Source of the DNA: Thermodesulfobacteriota bacterium
GTDB taxonomy: Bacteria > Desulfobacterota > Binatia > Binatales > Binataceae
Length of the DNA: 64,000 nt
NCBI GenBank assembly: GCA_046728175.1
Contig: JBKPEA010000003.1
Location: forward strand, 3,517 to 67,516
Direction: 5' to 3'
Shown piece by piece: positions 55,188-64,000 of this stretch. How positions within the stretch are numbered: the stretch's first letter is position 1; each line of letters opens with the position of its first letter. The position numbers were made by a program, and so were the translations under genes. The notes under the pieces are model-generated. The model searched no databases, had not been told where the DNA came from, and saw nothing but the letters and a program-made list of their open reading frames with translations.

Positions 55188-55230
55188 CGAATGCTAATCT
55201 CAAAGTTCAGGAAGGGCGGAGGTGCCCACC

Positions 55231-55872
55231 ATGAGCCGTGATTTTGAATTCAAAGCGCTACTGCGCGCGTACCGAAGCGGAGTCATCAGCCAGCAGACTT
55301 TCGAGAGCGAAATCGCGATGCTCGAGAACGGCGGCAAGATGGCCACCGGCAACGGGGGCGGATTCAGGGCCTTCGGCCGCACCTACAAGAGCGAGCGCGA
55401 CGCTATAGTAAGCTTCATCGACAAAGTCCGCGCGGGCGAGGCGAACGGTGGACAGGCTTTCGCCGCGTGGGCTGAAGTCTGCACCACTGATTGCATCAAG
55501 ACCGGCATCCGCATGATCGCCGAGCGCGAGGCCTATCATTCGCGAGTATTCGCGAAGCGGCTGTCGGAACTGGGCGGCCAGCCGCGTGCGGAGAACACCG
55601 AAGACGGGCGCAAGTTCACTGCCTATCTTGGCGATCCAAACATCGCGGACAACGTGAAGCTGCTCAAATTTGTCGAGCGCGTGGGTAAGCCCGAGGATGC
55701 GATCAAACCGATCTGCGATTTCGTCGCGCTCATCAAGGAAGACCTGGGCACCAAGGAAGCGTTGCGACTGTTCGCCGAGGATGAACTGTCGTCGACGAAA
55801 TGGATCTACGAATCGTGCGCCGCGCTGAACGCTCCGGCGAACAAGTCCAAGGAGGACTCGGCCTCGATGTAG
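55231..55872 (+). CDS. hypothetical protein: SHOCT-like N-terminal helix pair plus a helical domain with a ferritin-like ExxH motif
   Basis: GGAGG lies 8 nt before ATG 55231. The N-terminus FEFKALLRAYRSGVISQQTFESEIAML resembles SHOCT. RAGEANGG...IAEREAYHSRVFAKRL...FAEDELSS resembles a diiron four-helix bundle. No confident family assignment. Confidence 0.6.
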   Translation: MSRDFEFKALLRAYRSGVISQQTFESEIAMLENGGKMATGNGGGFRAFGRTYKSERDAIVSFIDKVRAGEANGGQAFAAWAEVCTTDCIKTGIRMIAEREAYHSRVFAKRLSELGGQPRAENTEDGRKFTAYLGDPNIADNVKLLKFVERVGKPEDAIKPICDFVALIKEDLGTKEALRLFAEDELSSTKWIYESCAALNAPANKSKEDSASM

Positions 55873-55900
55873 GCGGGCGCTCTTCCCATGGAATTTAGGG

Positions 55901-55932
55901 AGCGGGACCGGAAACGGTCCCGCTCATTTTTT
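55901..55932 (+). terminator. rho-independent terminator (10-bp stem agcgggaccg-gaaa-cggtcccgct followed by caTTTTTT)
   Basis: Perfect GC-rich stem, GNRA-like tetraloop and a T6 run, 29 nt after the stop at 55872. Confidence 0.85.
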
Positions 55933-56084
55933 GTAGCCCGCGCGGGTCGCGCCGACATGTTGGTAGGGCCCGCCCTCACCAACGCTCGCGCCGCGCGCCT
56001 GTTGCCAGGCGAACGCTTCGATGATTTGGGCGGAGGCCGGGTGGCGAAAGCTGTTCGCCGTCACGCAAGAGTTGAAGCCCCGGG

Positions 56085-56858
56085 TCACTTCGCAGGAGGC
56101 GGCGCCGGTGCTGGGGCCTTGGCCTGGCCCGCCGGCGGCATTCCCAGGGTTCGCTGGGCGTAGCCCTTTGGCACCGTGAAGGTATCCGCCGCCAGGTTCT
56201 TGGCCTCGAGCTTGGTTACCTCGGTCTTGGTCGTCACCGGCTTCATCTTCGCCAGCTGTTGTTGAAGCCTCTGCGCCTGCTCCGGGGGCAGGTTCGGTAA
56301 TTTCATCGTGTTCATGTTAACCGTGGAGTCCGACGCCAGGGGGATGCCGTCGGGAGTATTGCTCTCCGGAACCACCGACTTAAGCTTCGTGGCCATCGCC
56401 TTCTGGAACGCGTTGAACTCCTTGGCGCCCGGCGCGCTGGTTGAGAAGCACTCGGTGACGGTGTAGTCGCCGCTCATCGATTGCCCGGTCCCCGTGTAGT
56501 CGGTGCATGAGTAGCCCAGCACCTTGCGGGTGGTGGTTCCCTTCTTGAAGTCCATCGCGCCGGCGGCATGCGCAACCGCCTGCGCCATCGGACCGGTGGG
56601 TGGAAACGGGAGCTGGAAGTAGCTGCTCTTGGAGGGATCGATCAGGTACATGACGCTGTTGTCCAGGTCGGTGATGATCTGGCGTTCGCCGGTAATCATC
56701 TTCTGCTTGTTGCCCTGAATCATGATGGTCTGTTCGCTCTTGCGCTCGCCAAACTGCCCGTTGGCGACTTGCTGCTGGGTAACCACCACCCCGGCTCGGG
56801 CAGGGAGCGTGGATAGGGCTACGGCTACTGCGGCCGCGGCAAATGAAAGCGTTTTCAT
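56085..56858 (-). CDS. secreted hypothetical protein (possibly DUF4412/LolA-like), Pro/Ala-rich C-terminus
   Basis: Signal peptide MKTLSFAAAAVAVALSTLPARA, beta-rich body, and a tail AKAPAPAPPPAK. Confidence 0.65.
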   Translation of the reverse strand: MKTLSFAAAAVAVALSTLPARAGVVVTQQQVANGQFGERKSEQTIMIQGNKQKMITGERQIITDLDNSVMYLIDPSKSSYFQLPFPPTGPMAQAVAHAAGAMDFKKGTTTRKVLGYSCTDYTGTGQSMSGDYTVTECFSTSAPGAKEFNAFQKAMATKLKSVVPESNTPDGIPLASDSTVNMNTMKLPNLPPEQAQRLQQQLAKMKPVTTKTEVTKLEAKNLAADTFTVPKGYAQRTLGMPPAGQAKAPAPAPPPAK

Positions 56859-56863
56859 GGCTG

Positions 56864-57910
56864 CTACTCTCCTTGCGCCTGTCGAACTTTTAGTACCTCT
56901 GCGGCCAGGATGTTGATGGCGTCGGTAGTATCTTGCCCTCTTTCTACAACGATTCGATGTATCATCAGGCTGAGCAGGCCGAGCAGCACCCAGACCATCT
57001 CCTTCACGCGCCGCAGAAACCCGATGGCAAACCCGACCCCGGCACGATAGCCCAGCATCGCGAGAATCAGAGCCTTGCCACCTTCCTGGCTGACGAGCTT
57101 GGCGGGAATCAGAAAGGTTGCACGCTCCAGCAGCAGGCCCACGCCGTCCACCAGCAATGCGAGGCGCAGCGAGTCCGGTTGATGAAGCAGGTACAGGAGC
57201 AGGTAAATTTCAATCGGCCCCAGACTCCAAGCCACCAAATAGCACAGGGTGGCAACAAAAAACCGCGTGCGATGCTTGGCGTAGAACTCCAGCAGGAGGC
57301 CGTCGGCCTCGTCTGCTGCGAGCCTGATTTGCTCGCTCTGAGCGCCACCGATGTGCAGACGGGTGGCGGCCCGCCATAGATGCGTAAACGGGCGCTTTTG
57401 CTGGACGAAAAAGAAGCCCACCGCCAGCAAAAGCGCGATCGCAAAGCCTCCCACGATGGGCCAAAACAAGCGGGCGCCGGCTGGAATCAAGTTCAAGGAG
57501 ACCAGGATCGCCAGCGTGATGAACCCGATCTGGCCGATCACCTCAGCCAGCGCGGCGATCACCACGGTGGCCAGGCCAAAGGACATCTTGAGCTTGTGCC
57601 GGACCATCATGGCCATCACGAATTGACCGCCTATTTGTGCCGAGGGCGTGATGTAGTCAATTGCCTCTCCCGCGATGCGGCTGAACAAGAGCTGCGCCAT
57701 TCCCAGCGAAGGCGGACAGTCGTAGATCGTGATGCGCCATCCGACCGTGTTCACGACGCGCGCAACGCCCTCGAGCGAAATGGTCAGCGCAAGACCCCAT
57801 CCCGCCAGCTGCAAATAGGAGAGGATCTGGGTGGGACCGAAGTGGGCCAGGAACCAGGCGTAAAAGACGAGCGAAAGAACGATAAGGATGGTTTCGACGC
57901 GGCGCATCAA
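56864..57910 (-). CDS. flippase-like (lysylphosphatidylglycerol-synthase TM region / UPF0104) membrane protein
   Basis: Polytopic. The motif FSRIAGEAIDYITPSAQIGGQ is typical of this family. Confidence 0.75.
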   Translation of the reverse strand: MMRRVETILIVLSLVFYAWFLAHFGPTQILSYLQLAGWGLALTISLEGVARVVNTVGWRITIYDCPPSLGMAQLLFSRIAGEAIDYITPSAQIGGQFVMAMMVRHKLKMSFGLATVVIAALAEVIGQIGFITLAILVSLNLIPAGARLFWPIVGGFAIALLLAVGFFFVQQKRPFTHLWRAATRLHIGGAQSEQIRLAADEADGLLLEFYAKHRTRFFVATLCYLVAWSLGPIEIYLLLYLLHQPDSLRLALLVDGVGLLLERATFLIPAKLVSQEGGKALILAMLGYRAGVGFAIGFLRRVKEMVWVLLGLLSLMIHRIVVERGQDTTDAINILAAEVLKVRQAQGE

Positions 57911-58135
57911 ACGAGGAAAGGCGCCGAAACCCCAAAAAGCGCGGCGCTATGATGCCATTGTTTCAGCGATGCGGTGCATGCGCAACCCAGCATCTCGCGT
58001 TGACAGTCGCTGGTACAGGAAGCGACAATTCGGCTAATTGATGAGAATGCTTCGTGCGATCGACGGCGAGCGATTCGAGACCTTCCGCTGCAGTTCGCCG
58101 CCGATTTCAGGACCGGGGGCAGGCTGAATCCCGCA

Positions 58136-58897
58136 ATGGGATTGCATCGGGTCATTCGCCGCTACCAAAAAAAAGGCGGCCGAGCCGCGTTCCGGTACCT
58201 GTGGCGGCTGCAGAAAAACAATCTTATCCGGGTGGCAAACCTGGTTGGACCAGCGCGCAGGCAGTGCCCGTGCTGCGGATGGAGCGGGATGCGTTTCCTT
58301 GACTACGCGGGCCACCGCCAGAACGGCATCATTTGCCCGCGCTGCGGCAGCCATCCGCGCCATCGGGCGCTGTGGACCTACCTGGCCGACCAATTGGCAC
58401 GTCTTGAGTCGGGAAGCGCGATCCTCCATCTCTCCGCCGAACATAACCTGATGCCGGTATTCAAGCGCCGTGACGACCTTCGCTACGTTACCAGCGATCT
58501 AAAGCTGAAAAGTGCGATGGTGCGCGCGGACGCCACGCACCTGCCGTTTCAGTCGAATTCGTTCCGGATGATTGTATCGAGCCACATGCTGGAACACATC
58601 GAGAACGATCGCGCCGTGATCGCAGAGTTCGCGCGGACCTTGACGCCGGGCGGGGAGGCGATCGTGATGGTGCCGACGCGGCCCGACTGGCGAATGGCCG
58701 GGACCCGGGAATTCGGCGCGCCGGACCCGCGGGAGGGTCATTGGCGGCTGTATGGATGCGATTTTACACAGCGCCTGCGGGCATCGGGACTGGAAGATCG
58801 CACGATACCGACGGCTGAATTGGCCTGCGCGGATACATGCGAACTGATGGACGACGCAATCTTCATCGCTCGCAAGCCTTTGCCCCATGCATCGTGA
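58136..58897 (+). CDS. class I SAM-dependent methyltransferase with an N-terminal Cys4 zinc-ribbon
   Basis: CPCCGW...CPRCGSHPRHR, then ILHLSAE...ADATHLPFQSNSFRMIVSSHMLEHI (Methyltransf_11-like). Confidence 0.8.
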   Translation: MGLHRVIRRYQKKGGRAAFRYLWRLQKNNLIRVANLVGPARRQCPCCGWSGMRFLDYAGHRQNGIICPRCGSHPRHRALWTYLADQLARLESGSAILHLSAEHNLMPVFKRRDDLRYVTSDLKLKSAMVRADATHLPFQSNSFRMIVSSHMLEHIENDRAVIAEFARTLTPGGEAIVMVPTRPDWRMAGTREFGAPDPREGHWRLYGCDFTQRLRASGLEDRTIPTAELACADTCELMDDAIFIARKPLPHAS

Positions 58898-59094
58898 TTT
58901 CGGACGACTGAGAGGTGGCGTTTCCGCGACCGGCTCAGCAACTCGGCACCTGCCGCGGGCTTTATAATAATTGGGCTGTCAAATGGCCCGAGATTTATAC
59001 AGGAGGCGCGTGGTAGCCGGTTGCCTCCATTTGGAGACCTTGGGGTCGGTTGCACAGGGAAATCTGTCGCGCGGGCGAAAGGTTGAGCACGCAG

Positions 59095-59847
59095 TCAGCC
59101 AGCACCCAGCATCGACTGGGCAACTTCCAGCGAGACCAGGCGCGCGATCAGGATGGCCAGGTACATCTGCCCCGTCACCGATTCCAAAACTGAAAGGGCC
59201 CGCGCGGCGTCAGAGCTGGGCGCGATATCGCCGAAGCCGGTCGTCGTGAGACAGACAAAGCTATAGTAGAAGAAATTGTGCATCGACATGAACATCGGCA
59301 AGGCCTGCGAATGGACGAGCAATACCCTGCTGAACGAACCGGGATGTTCCATCGCCACGACCGCGAACAAGAAGGCCCACGCCAGCCCCATCAGCAAGTA
59401 AGCGCAGATTGCCGCGCTGATCGTGTCCAGGGTGACGCGCTTGACGCTGAATAGTTCGCGCACCACGCCTACGATCGTGATGAAGATAAATGCGCTGGCG
59501 GACAAAGCGGCGAAGACCTCGAGTTCCGGAGTGCGATACCAATGAAGTACCCAGCGGGTCACGAACGCCGGCACCATCAGCAGTAGTCCTACGGTGAAGT
59601 AGGCCGGCGACAGATTCAGCGTGTATAGAGCGGCCAGTAGAACAAGCGAAATCGACGAGCTGGCGAGCCCCTGGGCGAGCCGGTGACCGGCGAACATCGG
59701 CTCCCCGACAATCATCAGCAGGACCAGGAACAGCAGCACCGTGTAGCGACCGGGCCAATTGCGCCGACGCAAGCCGAGCGCTTCCCACAGCCGATTGGAG
59801 TCGGGTTTCGGCGTCGCCTCTGGCTGGTGAACACTGGTCTCGGCCAT
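59095..59847 (-). CDS. potassium-channel-family protein
   Basis: Pore/selectivity-filter sequence LTTTGFGD preceded by several TM helices. Confidence 0.8.
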   Translation of the reverse strand: MAETSVHQPEATPKPDSNRLWEALGLRRRNWPGRYTVLLFLVLLMIVGEPMFAGHRLAQGLASSSISLVLLAALYTLNLSPAYFTVGLLLMVPAFVTRWVLHWYRTPELEVFAALSASAFIFITIVGVVRELFSVKRVTLDTISAAICAYLLMGLAWAFLFAVVAMEHPGSFSRVLLVHSQALPMFMSMHNFFYYSFVCLTTTGFGDIAPSSDAARALSVLESVTGQMYLAILIARLVSLEVAQSMLGAG

Positions 59848-59924
59848 GGCTGAGCGCAGAGTTTACTCCCTTGCCGCCCAATAGGCAGTGCGGATGATCC
59901 ACGAAAGCAGCCCCCTGGGCGCCC

Positions 59925-61430
59925 TCAGCGCGAGCCAACGCTCACCCGGCCCGACTCCACTCGCCATTCTTCGCGCGTGACGCGCCTCGCCAGTGGCTCG
60001 TCGTGCGTCACTATCACCAGAGCCCCTGGATATTCGGCGAGAGCATCCTCCAGGCGTTCGATGGCCGGCATATCGAGGTGGTTGGTCGGTTCATCGAGCA
60101 CGCACGCCCACACTTGTCGGCCGAGCCCATCCGCCAGCGCCAGTTTGCGCGCCTCGCCCGGAGATGGTGACTGAGAGGCGAGCACGCGGACCGGGTCCAG
60201 GCCTAGAGCGGCAGCGAGGGTAAGCACCCGCGAGCGGGACGCGGGGGGCAGACCGCGTATCGACTCAAGAATCGCAATGCCATCCTCGCAGGTCAGCTCT
60301 TGCGGCAAATGGAGAATACGGTCGGCGGGCAGATGGGACGCGGCGACCAACGCGTTGAGCAGGGTGGTCTTGCCCGCGCCGTTGATGCCCGCGACGCGGA
60401 TCTTGCTGTCACGATTCACGATCAGATGGACATCGGTCAGCACCGCTTCTTCACCGGCGCAGAGTCTGGCGGTGTCGAGAACGAAGATGCGACTGGCCGG
60501 AGCGGCTACGTAATCGACGAATATCGCGCGCCCTTTCTCCTTCACAAACCTGAATTGTTCAATGTCAGCCGAGACGCGGTCGATGCTCCTGCGCAGGACG
60601 GCGGCATCGCGCGAGAGGCGGCGCGACGCCATCTCCGCCTTCCCGCGCGCCAGCATGCTGGTCGCGTCGTGATCGCGGGGACCCTTCATCCGCTGCGCCG
60701 CGCCGGCGTTCCATTGGGATTCAGCGGAAATCGCCATGCGCCGCTTGTCGCCGAGGCGCCGCTTCAGCGTCGCGTGTTTTTCCTTGAGCCGCTCGTACTG
60801 ATGGTGACGTTCGCGCTCCTCGGCTTCCCAAGCCCGCTTCGCTTCACCATAGGCACCCCGCAAAATGTGCGCCGAACCGCTGTGAACCCTGATCGTGTAA
60901 GTCGTCAGGTTTTCCAGCAGGGTGCGGTCGTGCGAGACGACGATTCCGATTCCACGGAAACGAACCAGCGCCGCAAGCAACAGCTCGCGGGCGTCGGCGT
61001 CGAGATGATCGGTCGGCTCGTCGAGAATCAGTATCGACGGCTGCGCGGCAAGCGCGGCTCCGACCTGCCAGCGCTTGCGCTCGCCCGGAGAGAGGGTCGG
61101 CCAGCGTGGAAGGGCGCCCGGATCGAGCACCAATTCGCCCTGGATGCGGCGCGAGACGCGATCAGCCGCGGCGGCGAGGTTTTCGATCGCTCGCGTAAGC
61201 GTCTCCACGGTCTGCGCGCAAATCGCGATCGATGATGAGGGCGGATCGAGACGCACCTGGCCACCGGTCGGCCTAAGCTCGCCGGTTATCAGGCGCAGCA
61301 GGGTGGTCTTGCCGGCCCCATTGGCGCCGACGACGCCAGTCCATCCCGGCGCAAGCTGGAGGTTTACGTCACGAAGGATCGGAACGGAATCGGCGTACGA
61401 GAATGAAAGATCGACCAAATGCACGAACAT
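59925..61430 (-). CDS. ABC-F-type ATPase (two ABC domains, no TM domain)
   Basis: Two Walker A motifs (GANGAGKTT, GINGAGKTT), two signature/Walker B pairs (LSPGERKRW...LILDEPT; PSPGEARKL...VLDEPT) and a charged linker. Confidence 0.85.
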   Translation of the reverse strand: MFVHLVDLSFSYADSVPILRDVNLQLAPGWTGVVGANGAGKTTLLRLITGELRPTGGQVRLDPPSSSIAICAQTVETLTRAIENLAAAADRVSRRIQGELVLDPGALPRWPTLSPGERKRWQVGAALAAQPSILILDEPTDHLDADARELLLAALVRFRGIGIVVSHDRTLLENLTTYTIRVHSGSAHILRGAYGEAKRAWEAEERERHHQYERLKEKHATLKRRLGDKRRMAISAESQWNAGAAQRMKGPRDHDATSMLARGKAEMASRRLSRDAAVLRRSIDRVSADIEQFRFVKEKGRAIFVDYVAAPASRIFVLDTARLCAGEEAVLTDVHLIVNRDSKIRVAGINGAGKTTLLNALVAASHLPADRILHLPQELTCEDGIAILESIRGLPPASRSRVLTLAAALGLDPVRVLASQSPSPGEARKLALADGLGRQVWACVLDEPTNHLDMPAIERLEDALAEYPGALVIVTHDEPLARRVTREEWRVESGRVSVGSR

Positions 61431-61639
61431 GTAACTGCTCCACGGTTAGACGCGCAGCGGCGCCATCGCGCCGGCGCTGGGCGCCGAACATCGCAACCAA
61501 CGACACTAGAAGCAGTTAGTTCCGCACACCCGGTGACCTCTCTGGAAAATGGATATCGAAAGATTAATCGCTGGGGAGCAGCGCGTCAATCTGGGTGGAC
61601 TTTATATGGGAAGAAAGGCGTGACTGCGCCGCACATGGC

Positions 61640-62455
61640 TCACTTGGTTCGGCGATTGACGGCGGAGGACGGCGCTCTATCCAGCAGAGGAGCGCGCGCG
61701 ATCACGATGGGCTGATGGTAACCGGTCTGCGCCGGCATCAGCCACCTGATCTTTCCGAGGCCAACCCGGCGAAGGTGTTCACTGAGCTCACTGCGCAGGA
61801 GTGCGTGAGAGAGGCCGCCGTAGTGGCGAATCGTCCACCGGTCGCCGCTAGCGCGCACTATGAACAAATGCTGATCGTAGGTCCGGCCATCCCGATGCCA
61901 ATTCCAATGCTGGAATGCCAGGCGCACGTCGCCGGGTGCGGTGGAGAGCGCCTGGGGCGTGAAGGTGGGGTGCTCTTGCACGATGCGGTCGTAGTCGCGA
62001 ATCGATGCGATAAATAGCCCCCGCGGTTTGAGCCGCGCCTTGATGCTCCGGGCCGCCCGTGCCAGGTCGCGCGCCGTCATCATGTGCGCGAGCGAGTTGT
62101 CGCAGCAAATCACCACGTCGAATGTGCAAGCGACGGTGCGGCCGAGGTCGCGAAGGTCCGCGTGTACAAAGGCGAGTTGCGCTCCTCGCGATCGTGCTTC
62201 GCGGCGCGCCCGCTGCAGGGCGGGTCTGCTCAGGTCAGTTGCATAAAGCCGGTAACCCCGCAGCGCAAGACCGATCGCCTGGGTACCGATTCCGCACGCG
62301 CAATCGAGCAGGTCCAGCGGCGGTGCCCCAACCTCGCGGCGCACAATCCGATCGATCGCGCGCGCTTGCGATTCGATGGCCGCATTCCAGTCCGCATAAA
62401 TGAGATGGTAATCGCGTGCGAGTCGGTCGTAGAAACGACGCGCCGGATCTGGCAT
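61640..62455 (-). CDS. class I SAM-dependent methyltransferase
   Basis: LLDCACGIGTQAIGLA SAM motif I, with VICCDNSLAHM downstream. Confidence 0.85.
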   Translation of the reverse strand: MPDPARRFYDRLARDYHLIYADWNAAIESQARAIDRIVRREVGAPPLDLLDCACGIGTQAIGLALRGYRLYATDLSRPALQRARREARSRGAQLAFVHADLRDLGRTVACTFDVVICCDNSLAHMMTARDLARAARSIKARLKPRGLFIASIRDYDRIVQEHPTFTPQALSTAPGDVRLAFQHWNWHRDGRTYDQHLFIVRASGDRWTIRHYGGLSHALLRSELSEHLRRVGLGKIRWLMPAQTGYHQPIVIARAPLLDRAPSSAVNRRTK

Positions 62456-63061
62456 TCATACGCTCTGCGGCCGTTTGCCGTTGCCGTTGGCGAGACCGAA
62501 CAGGCGCCAGTGCCAATAGCCGCCGGTTGCTCCGCGCCGCTGTACGCGCCATCCCTGGCGCTTGAGGTGGCGGCCGATTAGCCAGTTGATCGTACCGTGC
62601 GCGACCACCGCGACCTTGTGATTGCTCGATGCGTACTCGGCCAGACGCCCGGCGGCGCGGCGTGAACGCGCCCGGGCCTGGTCAATCGATTCGGCTCTGC
62701 CGGCGTAACCGGCGACGTGGGATATGCGGGTCAGCATGACCCACACTTCGGTCGGCAATTCGATCATCGGGATCGGCAGATGGGGGAGCGGGACCTCGTC
62801 GAGCTCGGTGAGCTGCACCACCGGAAGGCCCCGGGCCAGACGCAACGCCGACTGGTAGGAGCGCGGCCGATTGCTCGAGAGGAACAGGGCTGAGCCGCTG
62901 GCAATTTCGATCAACTTTGGCGGAGGAGGACTGGCGGGGTCGAGTTCCGCCGCATCGTAATCCGCGATCCAGCTCTTGAACTCGCGATGGCGGCAGCGGC
63001 GCGGCCACGCGAGATTCGGGCGCCCGTGGCGCACCAGCAGGATTTGGCCGTTAAGCTGCAA
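62456..63061 (-). CDS. histidine phosphatase (phosphoglycerate-mutase-like) family protein
   Basis: ILLVRHGRPN catalytic RHG motif and a later VVAHG. The stop abuts the start of the methyltransferase gene. Confidence 0.8.
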   Translation of the reverse strand: MQLNGQILLVRHGRPNLAWPRRCRHREFKSWIADYDAAELDPASPPPPKLIEIASGSALFLSSNRPRSYQSALRLARGLPVVQLTELDEVPLPHLPIPMIELPTEVWVMLTRISHVAGYAGRAESIDQARARSRRAAGRLAEYASSNHKVAVVAHGTINWLIGRHLKRQGWRVQRRGATGGYWHWRLFGLANGNGKRPQSV

Positions 63062-63076
63062 CCAGCACCCCCATCG

Positions 63077-64000
63077 TCACAGACCCTTGGCGAAATCAAC
63101 CAGCAGCTGGTTGATCTGCTGGGGACGCTCCTGCTGAATCCAGTGGCCTGCGCCGGGAATGATCACTTGCCTGCGGCAATTGGGCATCGAAGCCGCGATT
63201 ATCTTGCTCGGGTCGCCTCCGATCATCTGGATTACCACGTCCTGCTCGCCCGCCGCGAACATCGAGGGTTGGAGAAGCTTTGCCCCGTCGAGAAATCCCG
63301 TCAGCTCCCAGTTTCGATCAAAGTTGCGATACCAGTTGATACCGCCGCGAAAGCCTGCGCGTTTGAACTCCCCGGCGAAAAACTCCAGATCCGCTTCTGT
63401 GAGCCACGGCGGCAACTTCTTTGGCGCGACCCCTGATTCGATGAACTTCTTGCTGCGCGGAAACAGGAATTGCCAGCGCTCCTCCGGCGGCGGATCGCCC
63501 GACGCGCCGTACAGCATCATCGCCATCGACCGCCGCGGGTCAGCATCGAGTTCCTTTTCAACTCGTCCCGGCTCCTGGAAATAGTTCTGATAGAAGTGCT
63601 TGTCGGTTCCTTCGAGCGCCTTCCACAGGATGCTGGGACGAACCGGACCTCGCGGAACGTAGGGTACGCTCAACAGCGCGCATGCGCGAAAGATGTCAGG
63701 ACGGAGCAGTGACGAATACCACGCGACTGGCGCGCCCCAATCGTGGCCCACGATGATCGCCTGCGACTCTCCGAGCCCGTTGACCAGCCCGACAATGTCG
63801 CCGACCAGATTGATGATGTTGTAGGAATCGATCGCCTCGGGCGCTTCGGTTTGTCCATAGCCACGCTGATCAGGCACCACCGCCCGAAAGCCCGCCGCGG
63901 CAAGCGCGGGAAGCTGGTGGCGCCACGAGTACCAGGATTCGGGCCAGCCGTGGCACATCACGACGAGCGGGCCCGAGCCCTGCTCGACGTAGTGCAGCTT
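63077..64000 (-). CDS. alpha/beta hydrolase, epoxide-hydrolase-like (5' end beyond the window edge)
   Basis: HGWPESWYSWRHQ and GHDWGA. The frame stays open to 64000 (..LHYVEQGSGPLVVMCHGWPE). Paralogue of 53952-54914. Confidence 0.85.
   Translation of the reverse strand, partial: KLHYVEQGSGPLVVMCHGWPESWYSWRHQLPALAAAGFRAVVPDQRGYGQTEAPEAIDSYNIINLVGDIVGLVNGLGESQAIIVGHDWGAPVAWYSSLLRPDIFRACALLSVPYVPRGPVRPSILWKALEGTDKHFYQNYFQEPGRVEKELDADPRRSMAMMLYGASGDPPPEERWQFLFPRSKKFIESGVAPKKLPPWLTEADLEFFAGEFKRAGFRGGINWYRNFDRNWELTGFLDGAKLLQPSMFAAGEQDVVIQMIGGDPSKIIAASMPNCRRQVIIPGAGHWIQQERPQQINQLLVDFAKGL

Noticed and set aside
1-64000. Search for CRISPR arrays, tandem DNA repeats, IS elements, integrases, phage genes, toxin-antitoxin pairs or known defence systems
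   Set aside because: By eye I found no direct-repeat/spacer periodicity, no transposase/integrase/recombinase-like ORFs and no terminal inverted repeats. recBCD is the only nucleic-acid-targeting system, and it looks canonical.

Overview
Visibly GC-rich, densely coded bacterial chromosomal segment of about 55 genes. I saw no rRNA, tRNA, CRISPR array, transposase or integrase. Most of it is ordinary housekeeping or metabolic content. Left to right: a GH13 fragment, a glycine-zipper protein, an acyl-CoA catabolism set (crotonase, ACAD, APH-like kinase, DUF6285), an Mla/MCE-type lipid ABC transporter, recC-recB-recD, a pentose-phosphate operon (tkt, gnd-like, zwf, glk), an MFS/amidase/SDR block, a DUF2092 pair, a MetE-like gene, an ECF-sigma-headed string of VOC genes, ADH, nitroreductase, selD, selB, a ychF-like gene, an HdrD-like Fe-S protein, and a mixed right end of hydrolases, methyltransferases, a K+ channel and ABC-F. 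Four observations stand out. (1) This is a selenocysteine-decoding organism. selB is present, and selD carries an in-frame UGA at the catalytic Cys/Sec position, so the listed ORF is N-terminally truncated. (2) A 76-codon glutaredoxin/NrdH-like gene is absent from the ORF track because an in-frame TGA replaces the first Cys of CxxC (U-S-A-C). It overlaps the 3' end of a MerR-family regulator that sits behind a classic long-spacer MerR promoter. (3) An ECF sigma factor heads a same-strand string of six PhnB-like VOC domains (a 4x fusion plus two singles), followed by an O-methyltransferase, a membrane-fused hydrolase and a YjbR-like protein. (4) Three genes (GH13, merR-like, SigJ-like sigma) are broken by frameshifts in G/C-rich tracts (two in G/C homopolymer runs), which points to sequencing error rather than decay. 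The many long antisense shadow ORFs in the six-frame track were rejected.
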